Part shown: piece after piece, positions 56,751 to 64,000 of the stretch
Layout of the letters: each line of letters starts with the position of its first letter
How positions within the stretch are numbered: position 1 is the first letter of the stretch
Source of the DNA: an uncultured Myxococcales bacterium
Lineage (GTDB): Bacteria; Myxococcota_A; Polyangia; Polyangiales; Houyiibacteriaceae
Assembly (NCBI GenBank): GCA_965601515.1
Contig: CBFCWN010000003.1
Span: 38,843 to 102,842 of the forward strand
Length of the DNA stretch: 64,000 nucleotides
Reading direction: 5' to 3'
Made by a program: the position numbers and the translations under genes
Notes under the pieces: model-generated
The model's database searches: none
The model's input: the letters and a program-made list of their open reading frames with translations, nothing else
What the model was told of the DNA's origin: nothing

Positions 56751-57728
56751 CTACTGGGCGAGGTGACAGGCCACCTCGTGACCCGCACCGAGAGTCCGAA
56801 GTCCGGGAACCTCTCGATCACAAAGGCCTTTTTCGGCGATCGGGCAGCGCGGGTGGAAGGTGCAGCCAGACGGCGGATCGAGCGGGCTCGGGACGTCGCC
56901 CTCCAGGATGAGGCGCTTCTTGCGCGCCTCCGGGTTGGGCTCCGGGGCGGCGCTCAGAAGCGCCTGCGTGTAGGGATGGCGAGGGTTTTCGTAGATCTGC
57001 TCGGCCGTGGCGAGCTCGACGATGCGACCGAGATACATGACCGCCACGCGCCGACTCACGTGTTCGACCACGTGCAGGTCGTGGGCGATGAACAGAAAGC
57101 TCAGCGCGAGCTCTTCCTGCAGATCGCTAAGCAGGTTCACGATCTGAGCTTGGATCGAGACGTCGAGGGCGCTGACCGGCTCGTCCGCCACGATGAAGCG
57201 CGGCTCGACGGCTAGTGCGCGCGCGATTCCGATGCGCTGCCGTTGGCCTCCGGAGAACTCGTGAGGATAGCGGCGCATGTGTTCGGGGCGAAGGCCCACT
57301 CGTTCGAGAAGCGCTGCAATGCGCTGCTCCTCCTCGGTGGCGGAGCCGACCAGGCCGTGCACGCGGAGAGCTTCCGCAAGCGCCGCGCGAACCGTCATCC
57401 TCGGATTGAGCGAGCTATACGGATCCTGAAAGATGATCTGCATGCGTCGTCGAAACGGGCGAAGCTCCGACTGCGACAGTTCCGTGATGTCGGTGTCCTC
57501 GAAGTAGATGTGACCGCCCGTGGGTTCGTACAGGCGAAGCAGCAAGCGCCCGAGAGTACTCTTACCGCAGCCGGACTCTCCGACGAGGCCCACTGTCTCG
57601 CCTGGCAACACATCGAGAGTCACGCCGTCCACCGCGCGAACTTCGGAATGCCCTTTTCCGAAACCGAGCGAGGGTCCGCGAAACGATTTGCGGAGCGACT
57701 GCGCTCTCACCAGAGGCGCCTCGCTCAC
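56751..57728 (-). CDS. ABC transporter ATP-binding protein (OppF/DppF type)
   Basis: GTG at 57728 in a GTGA overlap. Walker [10 protein letters not shown], signature FSGGQRQR, Walker [13 protein letters not shown]-terminal oligopeptide-type extension. Confidence 0.88.
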   Translation of the reverse strand: MSEAPLVRAQSLRKSFRGPSLGFGKGHSEVRAVDGVTLDVLPGETVGLVGESGCGKSTLGRLLLRLYEPTGGHIYFEDTDITELSQSELRPFRRRMQIIFQDPYSSLNPRMTVRAALAEALRVHGLVGSATEEEQRIAALLERVGLRPEHMRRYPHEFSGGQRQRIGIARALAVEPRFIVADEPVSALDVSIQAQIVNLLSDLQEELALSFLFIAHDLHVVEHVSRRVAVMYLGRIVELATAEQIYENPRHPYTQALLSAAPEPNPEARKKRLILEGDVPSPLDPPSGCTFHPRCPIAEKGLCDREVPGLRTLGAGHEVACHLAQ

Positions 57729-58699
57729 GCGACCTCCTCCGCATGAAAGCAGGCGACGTCGGTCTCTGAGACGTGCCGAAGCTCGGGCTCCTCGACGCGG
57801 CACGCATCGGTAACCCGTTCACAGCGATCCTGGAATCGACAGCCCGAAGGCAGTGCGCGCAGGTCAGGCACGATGCCTGGAATGGTGGGGAGTCGCTCAC
57901 CCCGATTGCGCTGACTCGGCAAGCTTCGAAGAAGCCCTCGAGTGTAAGGGTGGCGCGGCGCCGCAAACAGCTCCCGGGTATCCGCGTGTTCAACGACCTT
58001 TCCAGCGTACATGACGGCAATCTCGTGGCTGAACTCGGCCATCACGCCGAGGTCGTGGCTGATGAAGATGATGCTCATGCCGAGCTCGTCTTGAAGCGAG
58101 CGAAGCAGGTCGAGAATCTGCGCTTGTATCGTCACGTCGAGTGCGGTGGTTGGCTCGTCCGCGATGAGAAGCTGCGGCTCGCACGCGAGTGCCATGGCGA
58201 TCATCGCCCGCTGACGCATTCCCCCGGAAAGCGTGTGCGGATACGAGTCGACGCGCTCGGCAGGCGCGGGAATACCGACCAGATCGAGGAGCTCGATCGC
58301 ACGGGCCTTCGCCGCCTTACGGCTGACCTTCTGATGAAGGCGAATCGCTTCCACGATCTGCGTGCCGACCGTATACACGGGGTTGAGCGACGTCATTGGT
58401 TCTTGAAAGATCATCGAGATGTCGTTCCCGCGAATGCGACGCATCTCTGCTTCGGACAGCTCGAAAAGGTTCTTGCCTCGAAACACCGCGGAGCCACCTT
58501 CGATGAATCCGGGCGGACTCGGAATCAGCCGCAGTATCGAGAGCGCGGTCACGCTCTTCCCGCAGCCGCTCTCACCGACGACACCGAGTGTCTTTCCGGG
58601 CATCACATCGAATGACACGTCATCGACCGCTCGGAAATAGCCCTCGTCGGTGTCGAATGCCGTGACGAGGTGGCGCAGACTCAGCAGCGGTTCGGTCAT
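57725..58699 (-). CDS. ABC transporter ATP-binding protein (OppD/DppD type)
   Basis: Walker [29 protein letters not shown]-terminal Cys-containing oligopeptide-type tail. Confidence 0.88.
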   Translation of the reverse strand: MTEPLLSLRHLVTAFDTDEGYFRAVDDVSFDVMPGKTLGVVGESGCGKSVTALSILRLIPSPPGFIEGGSAVFRGKNLFELSEAEMRRIRGNDISMIFQEPMTSLNPVYTVGTQIVEAIRLHQKVSRKAAKARAIELLDLVGIPAPAERVDSYPHTLSGGMRQRAMIAMALACEPQLLIADEPTTALDVTIQAQILDLLRSLQDELGMSIIFISHDLGVMAEFSHEIAVMYAGKVVEHADTRELFAAPRHPYTRGLLRSLPSQRNRGERLPTIPGIVPDLRALPSGCRFQDRCERVTDACRVEEPELRHVSETDVACFHAEEVA

Positions 58700-58739
58700 G
58701 CGGGCCGCACCTTACCATCGGTTCGGTTTCCCACGGCAT

Positions 58740-59573
58740 TCATGGACACGTCGCGATCTCGACGGTCATCCCGGCGGCGGGCTTCTGCGTGAACGCGTCC
58801 GCGGGCACGTTCGGGTCGACGGACACCGACTTCACGCGCACTTCGGTGTCGGCGCCGTTGACCTCGTCGACGAAGCGCACTTTCATCGGAAACGAACGGC
58901 CGTCAACGTCGGCGTATTCGTCGTACGTGGCTTCCCAAAGCTTGGTGCCGTCCGAGCCGTATCGGGTCGATCGGCGAAGCATGAGGCGCTGGTCGGCGGC
59001 CGGCTTTTCGAAGTCTTCTTCCGGAATCGAGTACGCGATCTCCTGAGTGCCACCCTCCTCTTCTTCGAGCGTGACCACATAGAGACCGTCGCGGCACTGC
59101 ATCGACTGCGCGGCCCCTTCGATCACCAGCGTGTCGCCAGTCAGCAGGAGAAGCACCTCTTCGGGCGCGACCGAAATCCCGAGCAGCCGCGCGATGTTCG
59201 ACGGGCACGTTTGTCCTTCGAGGAAGGTGCCCTCCCGAAGATCGCTGAGCTGGAAACGCTCGCCGTCGCTGGTCAGGACAGCGGCGGGCCCAACCGCCGT
59301 CATGACGTCGAAGCGCACGCGGTTGGGCTGCTGCAGAAACATGAGCACCGTGCCGCGAATGCGTCCGCCCTGCCCCCACTGTGTGACGCGCGCTTCGGCC
59401 GTCAGGGAGCGCCATGTTTGGCGGCGGGTTTCGTGGTCCGCGAGCGCGCGCGCGGGGTCGACTCGAACGCTCGCGGGGCACGACGGCGCGCTCTTGCACC
59501 CGGAAGCCCCCTCGAGGGTCACGAAGGTCCCCAATACCCCGAGTATGCAGGCAAAAAGACGGCCGCGACGCAT
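58740..59573 (-). CDS. outer-membrane lipoprotein, LolB/DUF4292-like
   Basis: Lipobox GASGC, 277 aa. Pattern of a LolA/LolB-like beta-half-barrel protein (W.SL.AEARV......G.I.G.V......P.R.RFDV). The family call is from memory. Confidence 0.55.
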   Translation of the reverse strand: MRRGRLFACILGVLGTFVTLEGASGCKSAPSCPASVRVDPARALADHETRRQTWRSLTAEARVTQWGQGGRIRGTVLMFLQQPNRVRFDVMTAVGPAAVLTSDGERFQLSDLREGTFLEGQTCPSNIARLLGISVAPEEVLLLLTGDTLVIEGAAQSMQCRDGLYVVTLEEEEGGTQEIAYSIPEEDFEKPAADQRLMLRRSTRYGSDGTKLWEATYDEYADVDGRSFPMKVRFVDEVNGADTEVRVKSVSVDPNVPADAFTQKPAAGMTVEIATCP

Positions 59574-59627
59574 ACCCGCGCGAGGGTGGGATGCTTGTCG
59601 TGCCGAGTCAAGCTCGAGCGCCGGAGC

Positions 59628-60437
59628 TCAGGCCGCGTGTCGAAGGTGGGACAGCTTGTCCCGAAGCTTCAGGCGTGCGCGAACTTCGAGCTGCCTCACT
59701 CGCTCTTTACTCACGCCCATCTCCTTGCCGAGCGCCTCGAGAGTCTCGGGCTCGTCGGAGAGGATGCGCGCCTCGATGATGCGCCTCTCACGGTCGGTGA
59801 GACTCGCCATCGCGGAGTCGAGCTCCTCTCGAACTTGGTGCACGGCTTCGGACCGAGCGACGTCCTCTTCAGGCGTCGGCTGCTTGTAGCTGAATCGCTC
59901 CATGACCGCGGGAGCATCGGAGACCGACGCATCGAGCGAGGTATCTCCCCGCGTGAGAAGGGGCCATAGCTGCTTCGCTCGGTTGAGCGGCATGCCGCTC
60001 TCCTCTGCGAGTGCTTCGGGTGACTCGACCGCCTTACGACGGAAGGCGCGCATCGCGCGACGCTCGGTGCGCGTCGTGCCCAGTCGGACGATTCGGTACG
60101 ACCTTACGACGTAGTCGCGGATCTCCGCGCGAATCCAGTACGCTGCATACGTGATGAGTCGGCAGTTCTTCTCGGGGTCGAACTTCGATGCCGCTTTCAG
60201 GAGACCAAGATTGCCCTGCTGCACGAGGTCTTCGAGCGGAACCCCCCAACGACGGTATTCGCGCGCGATCGAAATGACGAACGGGAGACTCGACTCGACC
60301 AGCGCCGCCCCTGCGCGTTGGTCGCCGTCGGCCCATTGCTGAGCAAGCTCGCGTTCCGCTTCGGCATCGAGGATCTCGACCCGCCGTAGCGAAGCGCGGT
60401 ATCGGTCCAGAGCCGTCGGTTGCGTCGACGTTGCCAT
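59628..60437 (-). CDS. RNA polymerase sigma factor, sigma-70 family (group 3, RpoH/SigB-like)
   Basis: 269 aa from ATG 60437. Region 2 (LVQQGNLGLLKAASKFDPEKNCRLITYAAYWIRAEI), region 3 and region 4 (LGKEMGVSKERVRQLE). The track's 494-aa version has a nonsense Arg-rich extension. Confidence 0.88.
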   Translation of the reverse strand: MATSTQPTALDRYRASLRRVEILDAEAERELAQQWADGDQRAGAALVESSLPFVISIAREYRRWGVPLEDLVQQGNLGLLKAASKFDPEKNCRLITYAAYWIRAEIRDYVVRSYRIVRLGTTRTERRAMRAFRRKAVESPEALAEESGMPLNRAKQLWPLLTRGDTSLDASVSDAPAVMERFSYKQPTPEEDVARSEAVHQVREELDSAMASLTDRERRIIEARILSDEPETLEALGKEMGVSKERVRQLEVRARLKLRDKLSHLRHAA

Positions 60438-60665
60438 GCTGAGCACAACTGCATGTTCCGTGCCCGAAACAGCGAACGCGAAAACGCAGAGGAATTCAGG
60501 ATTCCGGTGCCGACGGCCGCGGCGTTTTGCCGCGCGTGCGAGGCGAGCTGCCGCGGTGGCGGGCCGGAAAACGTATCGCAACACACAAGGGTGCAGGTGC
60601 ACGGAAACGCTGGATTTTTCCGCGTGCGCTTTGCCGGAACATGCAGGTGTGCTACGTTCGAAAAC

Positions 60666-60932
60666 GTGGAAGTCGTCCTGCGCAAAGTTGGCCGGAAGTC
60701 GGGTCGAGCTGTCGTTGGGCGCCTGCTGCGTCCACCCCGCAAGGGTTCCGTCGTGGTCATCGAGTTCGCCGACGGCCTTCACGAATACGTCACCACTCCG
60801 GTGAAGCGTGTTCTTCAGCTCTGCGGCGAGAACGGGCAGGACACGTATTACCTGCAGACCGCCAACAGTCGCTACCGACTCGAGGTGCGGTCGAGCGAGT
60901 CGGGCGTCGTCGATCAGCCCGTCGCGAACTGA
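60666..60932 (+). CDS. possible small hypothetical protein (88 aa)
   Basis: High GC3 in this frame only. No SD, start uncertain (GTG 60666, or upstream GTGs). The 3' end overlaps the convergent amidohydrolase gene by 19 nt. Confidence 0.3.
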   Translation: MEVVLRKVGRKSGRAVVGRLLRPPRKGSVVVIEFADGLHEYVTTPVKRVLQLCGENGQDTYYLQTANSRYRLEVRSSESGVVDQPVAN

Positions 60933-61759
60933 GCCTGGTCGAGCATCAACTGACCTAGCTTGCCGACGAGTCCGTCGAGCACGCGTCCAAGCCGTTCGAA
61001 ATCGCCCTTCTTTACCTCGCTGGTCTCTTCGTCGACGTACAGCGCCCGGTTGAGCTCGATCTGTATCGCGTGTTGACCGCGCCTGGGCGCTCCGTAGTTG
61101 GCGGTGGTCCATCCGCCGCGGTACGGCTGGTCGTGCTTCACGGTGAGGCCCGCATCTCGAAAGTGGGCGTCCACCAGATCGATGATGCGGCCATCGGCAG
61201 TGGAGCGGCCTCGCGTACCGGGAACGATGTCGGCGCGCCTCAGCTGACGGCCTCCGAACTGTCGTCGTCCTGTCGAAGGCATCGAGTGCGCTGCGAGGAT
61301 GACGACGTGCCCGTGCTGCCGATGAAGGCGCGCCGCCGCTTCACGGAGCGTCTCGTGGTACGGCGCATAGTAGCGGTCGATCCGGTGCTGGAACTGGACC
61401 TCACTGAGGGGCGCGCGTAGCAACGGAGTTCCATCGGTACGTGCTCGCCACACGACGCCCCGGGCCGGGATGTGACGGGCCTTGGGGTGTCGCGGGACGG
61501 CTGCGACGTCGACCTCGTCGGGCCCGCGGTTCAGATCGACCACGTAGCGAGAAACCCGCGCGACCAGTAGCGTCGCACCGTTCTCGGGGGCTCGCTTGTA
61601 GAGCCGATCGACGTAGATGTCGGAATCGCGCAGCACTGCGCTCGGGGTCGCCTCGAGCTGCGGCTCGACGTCGTCGGGAATGAGAAGGCCAGAGTGCGGC
61701 ACCTCGACGAGGACTGGCGTCGGCGATTGATCAGGGGCGGTCAGTTGGATGAAGGACAC
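60914..61759 (-). CDS. N-formylglutamate amidohydrolase family protein
   Basis: 281 aa. VEVPHSG...D...D.YVD and RYVVDLNR motifs, and AHSMP, typical of the FGase family. Confidence 0.8.
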   Translation of the reverse strand: MSFIQLTAPDQSPTPVLVEVPHSGLLIPDDVEPQLEATPSAVLRDSDIYVDRLYKRAPENGATLLVARVSRYVVDLNRGPDEVDVAAVPRHPKARHIPARGVVWRARTDGTPLLRAPLSEVQFQHRIDRYYAPYHETLREAAARLHRQHGHVVILAAHSMPSTGRRQFGGRQLRRADIVPGTRGRSTADGRIIDLVDAHFRDAGLTVKHDQPYRGGWTTANYGAPRRGQHAIQIELNRALYVDEETSEVKKGDFERLGRVLDGLVGKLGQLMLDQAQFATG

Positions 61760-61766
61760 GAAGAGC

Positions 61767-63773
61767 TCAGGCGCTGAACGATTCTCGGTAGGGGATTTCC
61801 GAAGGATTCACTCTGGCCCGAACCAGGCCACACGCAAGTCCCAGATAGAGCGCGCGGTAGACCGGCTCTAAATCGGCACCCGCCGCGCCCTCCCTCGCCA
61901 GAAGTCCGCCCAGAGTCGTGTCTCCCGAAACCTCGTCCAGCACGCGGATCCAGGCCGGCTCGAGCCGAAATGCGGAGAGCGCGGGGCCTTCGTGGCAGCG
62001 TTCGACGACCCGCTCGCGGAGCGGTTCGAGGACGGACTCGATCTCCTCGAGATGGGCCTCGCGGGCGGCGTCACGGAGAAGCTCATAGGGGTCTTGGCCC
62101 ATCGGAAAGGTTTCCTCGTGACTGCGCGCTCCTCGGACGAACGCCCACTCGCCCCGACGCCATCGAAACGATTCCATGAGTCGACCACGCACCTGATCGC
62201 CGATCGCTCGGAAGAGCTCGACCGGCCTGAGGATGCCGAGGCCGACGAGCGCGTCGCCAAGGCGGCCGCCGTACTTCGGAAGGAGCGCCAGGGCCATCTC
62301 CACCTCCATGCGAAGACACTGACCGGTGGCGACGAGATGCTCGCCGAGGAGCTCCGACTTGTCGGTCGAAGCCACGAACTCCGGCTTTCCATCGACGAAG
62401 TAGATCTTCTTGCGTCGGTTCCGCTGCCACAGATGGAGCACGCCTGTCTCGCGACGGGACACGATCTCGTACACGACGGGAAGGAGCGTGGCGGCCCGAA
62501 GCTGCCCTTGCTTCTCTGCCTGCGCGAGCTCTTCGAGCTTCCACTGAAGGCCCGGCGAGGTCACGAAGCGCGAGAGCTCAGGAAGATGGGAAGGTTCGAG
62601 GTATGAGCCGTCGGACTTCGAAATGCGGCAGCTCCGACTGTCGATGGCGCCTGTGGTGATCAGTTGAATGAGCCGCGGGTAGCTCATCGGACCCATGACG
62701 CTGCCGTCCGGAAGTTGGACGCGGTAGATGGTGGGCGACGTCACCGCCTGTGGTCCGATCACTCGGTCGGCTGCGTGTGCGTGCTGCATGAGGTCGCTGT
62801 CGACGAGCGAGGGGACGTCGGCATCGGGAAGGTACACCTCCGGAACGTCTCCGTCGACGAGTTCGAGATGGGCGAGCAGCCGCGCAACGCGGTCGGGACC
62901 GTGACCCATGCCACGACGACGCATCACCTCGGCGCACGTTTCAGCAAAGGCACCGGCGGTCGGACGCTCCGTGGGATCGCGCTGAAGGCCGCGAAGAACG
63001 ACCGCGCGGATGTCCTGCGGGATTCGTCTTTCGCATCGAGCGAGAACGCGCAGGTCCGCGTCGCGTATCTGGAGAAGCACGTTGAGCTCGCTCTCACCTT
63101 GGAAGAGAGGCTCTCCGATCAGCATTTCGGCCAAAACGGTCGAGAGAGTGAAGACGTCACTCTTGCCGGTAAGGTCTTTTCCGAGAACCTGTTCGGGCGA
63201 CATGTATCCGAGCTTGCCGCGCACCTGCCCGTCTTCGGTGGTGGGCGCGCGGCTGCGGACGGTCGCGATGCCGAAGTCGGTGAGCTTCACGTGGCCGGTA
63301 CGAGTGAGCAGGATGTTTGCCGGGCTCACGTCGCGGTGAACGAACTCGAGCGATTCGCCGTGCTGATCGACCGCGTGGTGCGCGTACTCGAGAGCTTGGG
63401 CCGTTTGGTAGGCGATGTGGAGCGCGACGTCCCAGGGGATCGGCGAATCGTGTGGCGCAGCGCGCAATAAACGGCTGACGTTCGACCCGTCGACGAGCTC
63501 CATCACGAGGACGAGCTCGTCGCCCATCGTCCCAAAGTCGAACACCTGAACAATGTTGGGGTGCTCGAGCATCGCAGCGAGCCGTGCCTCGTCGATGAAC
63601 ATGCCGACGAAGTCGGGATCGCTCGCGAACTGGGGAAGAATGCGCTTCAACGCGACGCGCTTAGAAAAACCGTGAAGTCCTTCACGACGTGCAACGAAGA
63701 CCTCGGCCATCCCCCCGGCCGCCAAGCGGCGCTCAATGCGGTACGGGCCGAGTGGCGCCCGCTCTTCCGTCAC
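61767..63773 (-). CDS. Ser/Thr protein kinase with C-terminal DUF4388-like domain
   Basis: Canonical Hanks motifs (AAGGMAEV, VALK, HRDVSPAN, DFG, SPE). The C-terminal half contains TGVLHLW...KKIYFVDGKPEFVAS...LGE.LV. GTG at 63773 is preceded by GGGAGGG; GTG at 63824 is an alternative. Confidence 0.88.
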   Translation of the reverse strand: MTEERAPLGPYRIERRLAAGGMAEVFVARREGLHGFSKRVALKRILPQFASDPDFVGMFIDEARLAAMLEHPNIVQVFDFGTMGDELVLVMELVDGSNVSRLLRAAPHDSPIPWDVALHIAYQTAQALEYAHHAVDQHGESLEFVHRDVSPANILLTRTGHVKLTDFGIATVRSRAPTTEDGQVRGKLGYMSPEQVLGKDLTGKSDVFTLSTVLAEMLIGEPLFQGESELNVLLQIRDADLRVLARCERRIPQDIRAVVLRGLQRDPTERPTAGAFAETCAEVMRRRGMGHGPDRVARLLAHLELVDGDVPEVYLPDADVPSLVDSDLMQHAHAADRVIGPQAVTSPTIYRVQLPDGSVMGPMSYPRLIQLITTGAIDSRSCRISKSDGSYLEPSHLPELSRFVTSPGLQWKLEELAQAEKQGQLRAATLLPVVYEIVSRRETGVLHLWQRNRRKKIYFVDGKPEFVASTDKSELLGEHLVATGQCLRMEVEMALALLPKYGGRLGDALVGLGILRPVELFRAIGDQVRGRLMESFRWRRGEWAFVRGARSHEETFPMGQDPYELLRDAAREAHLEEIESVLEPLRERVVERCHEGPALSAFRLEPAWIRVLDEVSGDTTLGGLLAREGAAGADLEPVYRALYLGLACGLVRARVNPSEIPYRESFSA

Positions 63774-63921
63774 ACATCCCTCCCGTTCGTGACCGACCTT
63801 CGAAGCATACGCGCGGAGGGGCACACATGTCAGGTTAGTCCCCGTTTCAGCGTCAGCGGAACACTTGGGGCCGAGGCTCGTTCGTGTCTATCATTCAAAG
63901 GTCCTTTAGGTGGGGGGAACC

Positions 63922-64000
63922 ATGGGGATTGTCCGAAAGGCATCGCGTACCAGGAAATCGAAGGATCCGCTTCTCGGGAAGGTGATCGCGGGTCGTTATC
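63922..64000 (+). CDS. 5' end of a probable Ser/Thr protein kinase (continues past the window)
   Basis: ATG after a G-rich SD. MGIVRKASRTRKSKDPLLGKVIAGRY resembles the pre-G-loop leader of bacterial Hanks kinases. Confidence 0.5.
   Translation, partial: MGIVRKASRTRKSKDPLLGKVIAGRY

Noticed and set aside
58650-59969. 439-aa plus-strand ORF
   Set aside because: It is antisense to the lipoprotein and sigma-factor genes. There are no motifs and the composition is Arg/Gly-rich.

Overview
This is a GC-rich bacterial chromosomal segment (roughly two-thirds G+C by eye, not computed). I support about 62 protein-coding genes. By eye I found no rRNA, tRNA, CRISPR array, transposase, integrase or prophage genes. 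Many ORF-track entries are Arg/Pro-rich shadow frames of real genes and were discarded. Several long track ORFs were trimmed at the 5' end to starts that fit the upstream gene's stop and a Shine-Dalgarno (SD) sequence. Operons are very compact, with many ATGA/GTGA start-stop overlaps.

The gene content suggests a Myxococcota-like genome, but this is inference only. It includes eukaryotic-like Ser/Thr kinases (one with a DUF4388-like tail), many lipobox lipoproteins, an ECF sigma module, a Che-type operon carrying a HEAT-repeat protein, and a PlsB-like GPAT.

Housekeeping blocks:
- purS-purC-purB
- gdhA
- trpF and trpB-trpA, which are split from each other
- korA-korB
- recO
- gpsA
- lhr
- the NfeD-NfeD-FloA flotillin module

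Most interesting observations:
1. A receptor-less Che-type operon: cheY-cheA-cheW-cheW-HEAT-cheR-cheB, followed by a CheY-like response regulator and a sensor-less histidine kinase. A 675-aa HEAT-repeat protein sits where an MCP gene normally sits.
2. A membrane-anchored predicted pseudokinase translationally coupled to an ECF sigma factor and a 6-TM NrsF-like protein, followed without gaps by GS-like, PlsB-like, GpsA and Fe-ADH genes.
3. A compact stress operon encoding a small helical protein, Dps, MscS, a pseudo-receiver-BON protein and GdhA, with a good sigma70-type promoter.
4. An orphan membrane-anchored HExxH protein after the flotillin module.
5. A secreted protein with three CPHC motifs and a His-rich tract next to trpF.
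6. A stand-alone OYE-type FMN/[4Fe-4S] module lacking the usual reductase domains.

All functional calls come from my own motif and pattern recognition on the translations. No database search was run.
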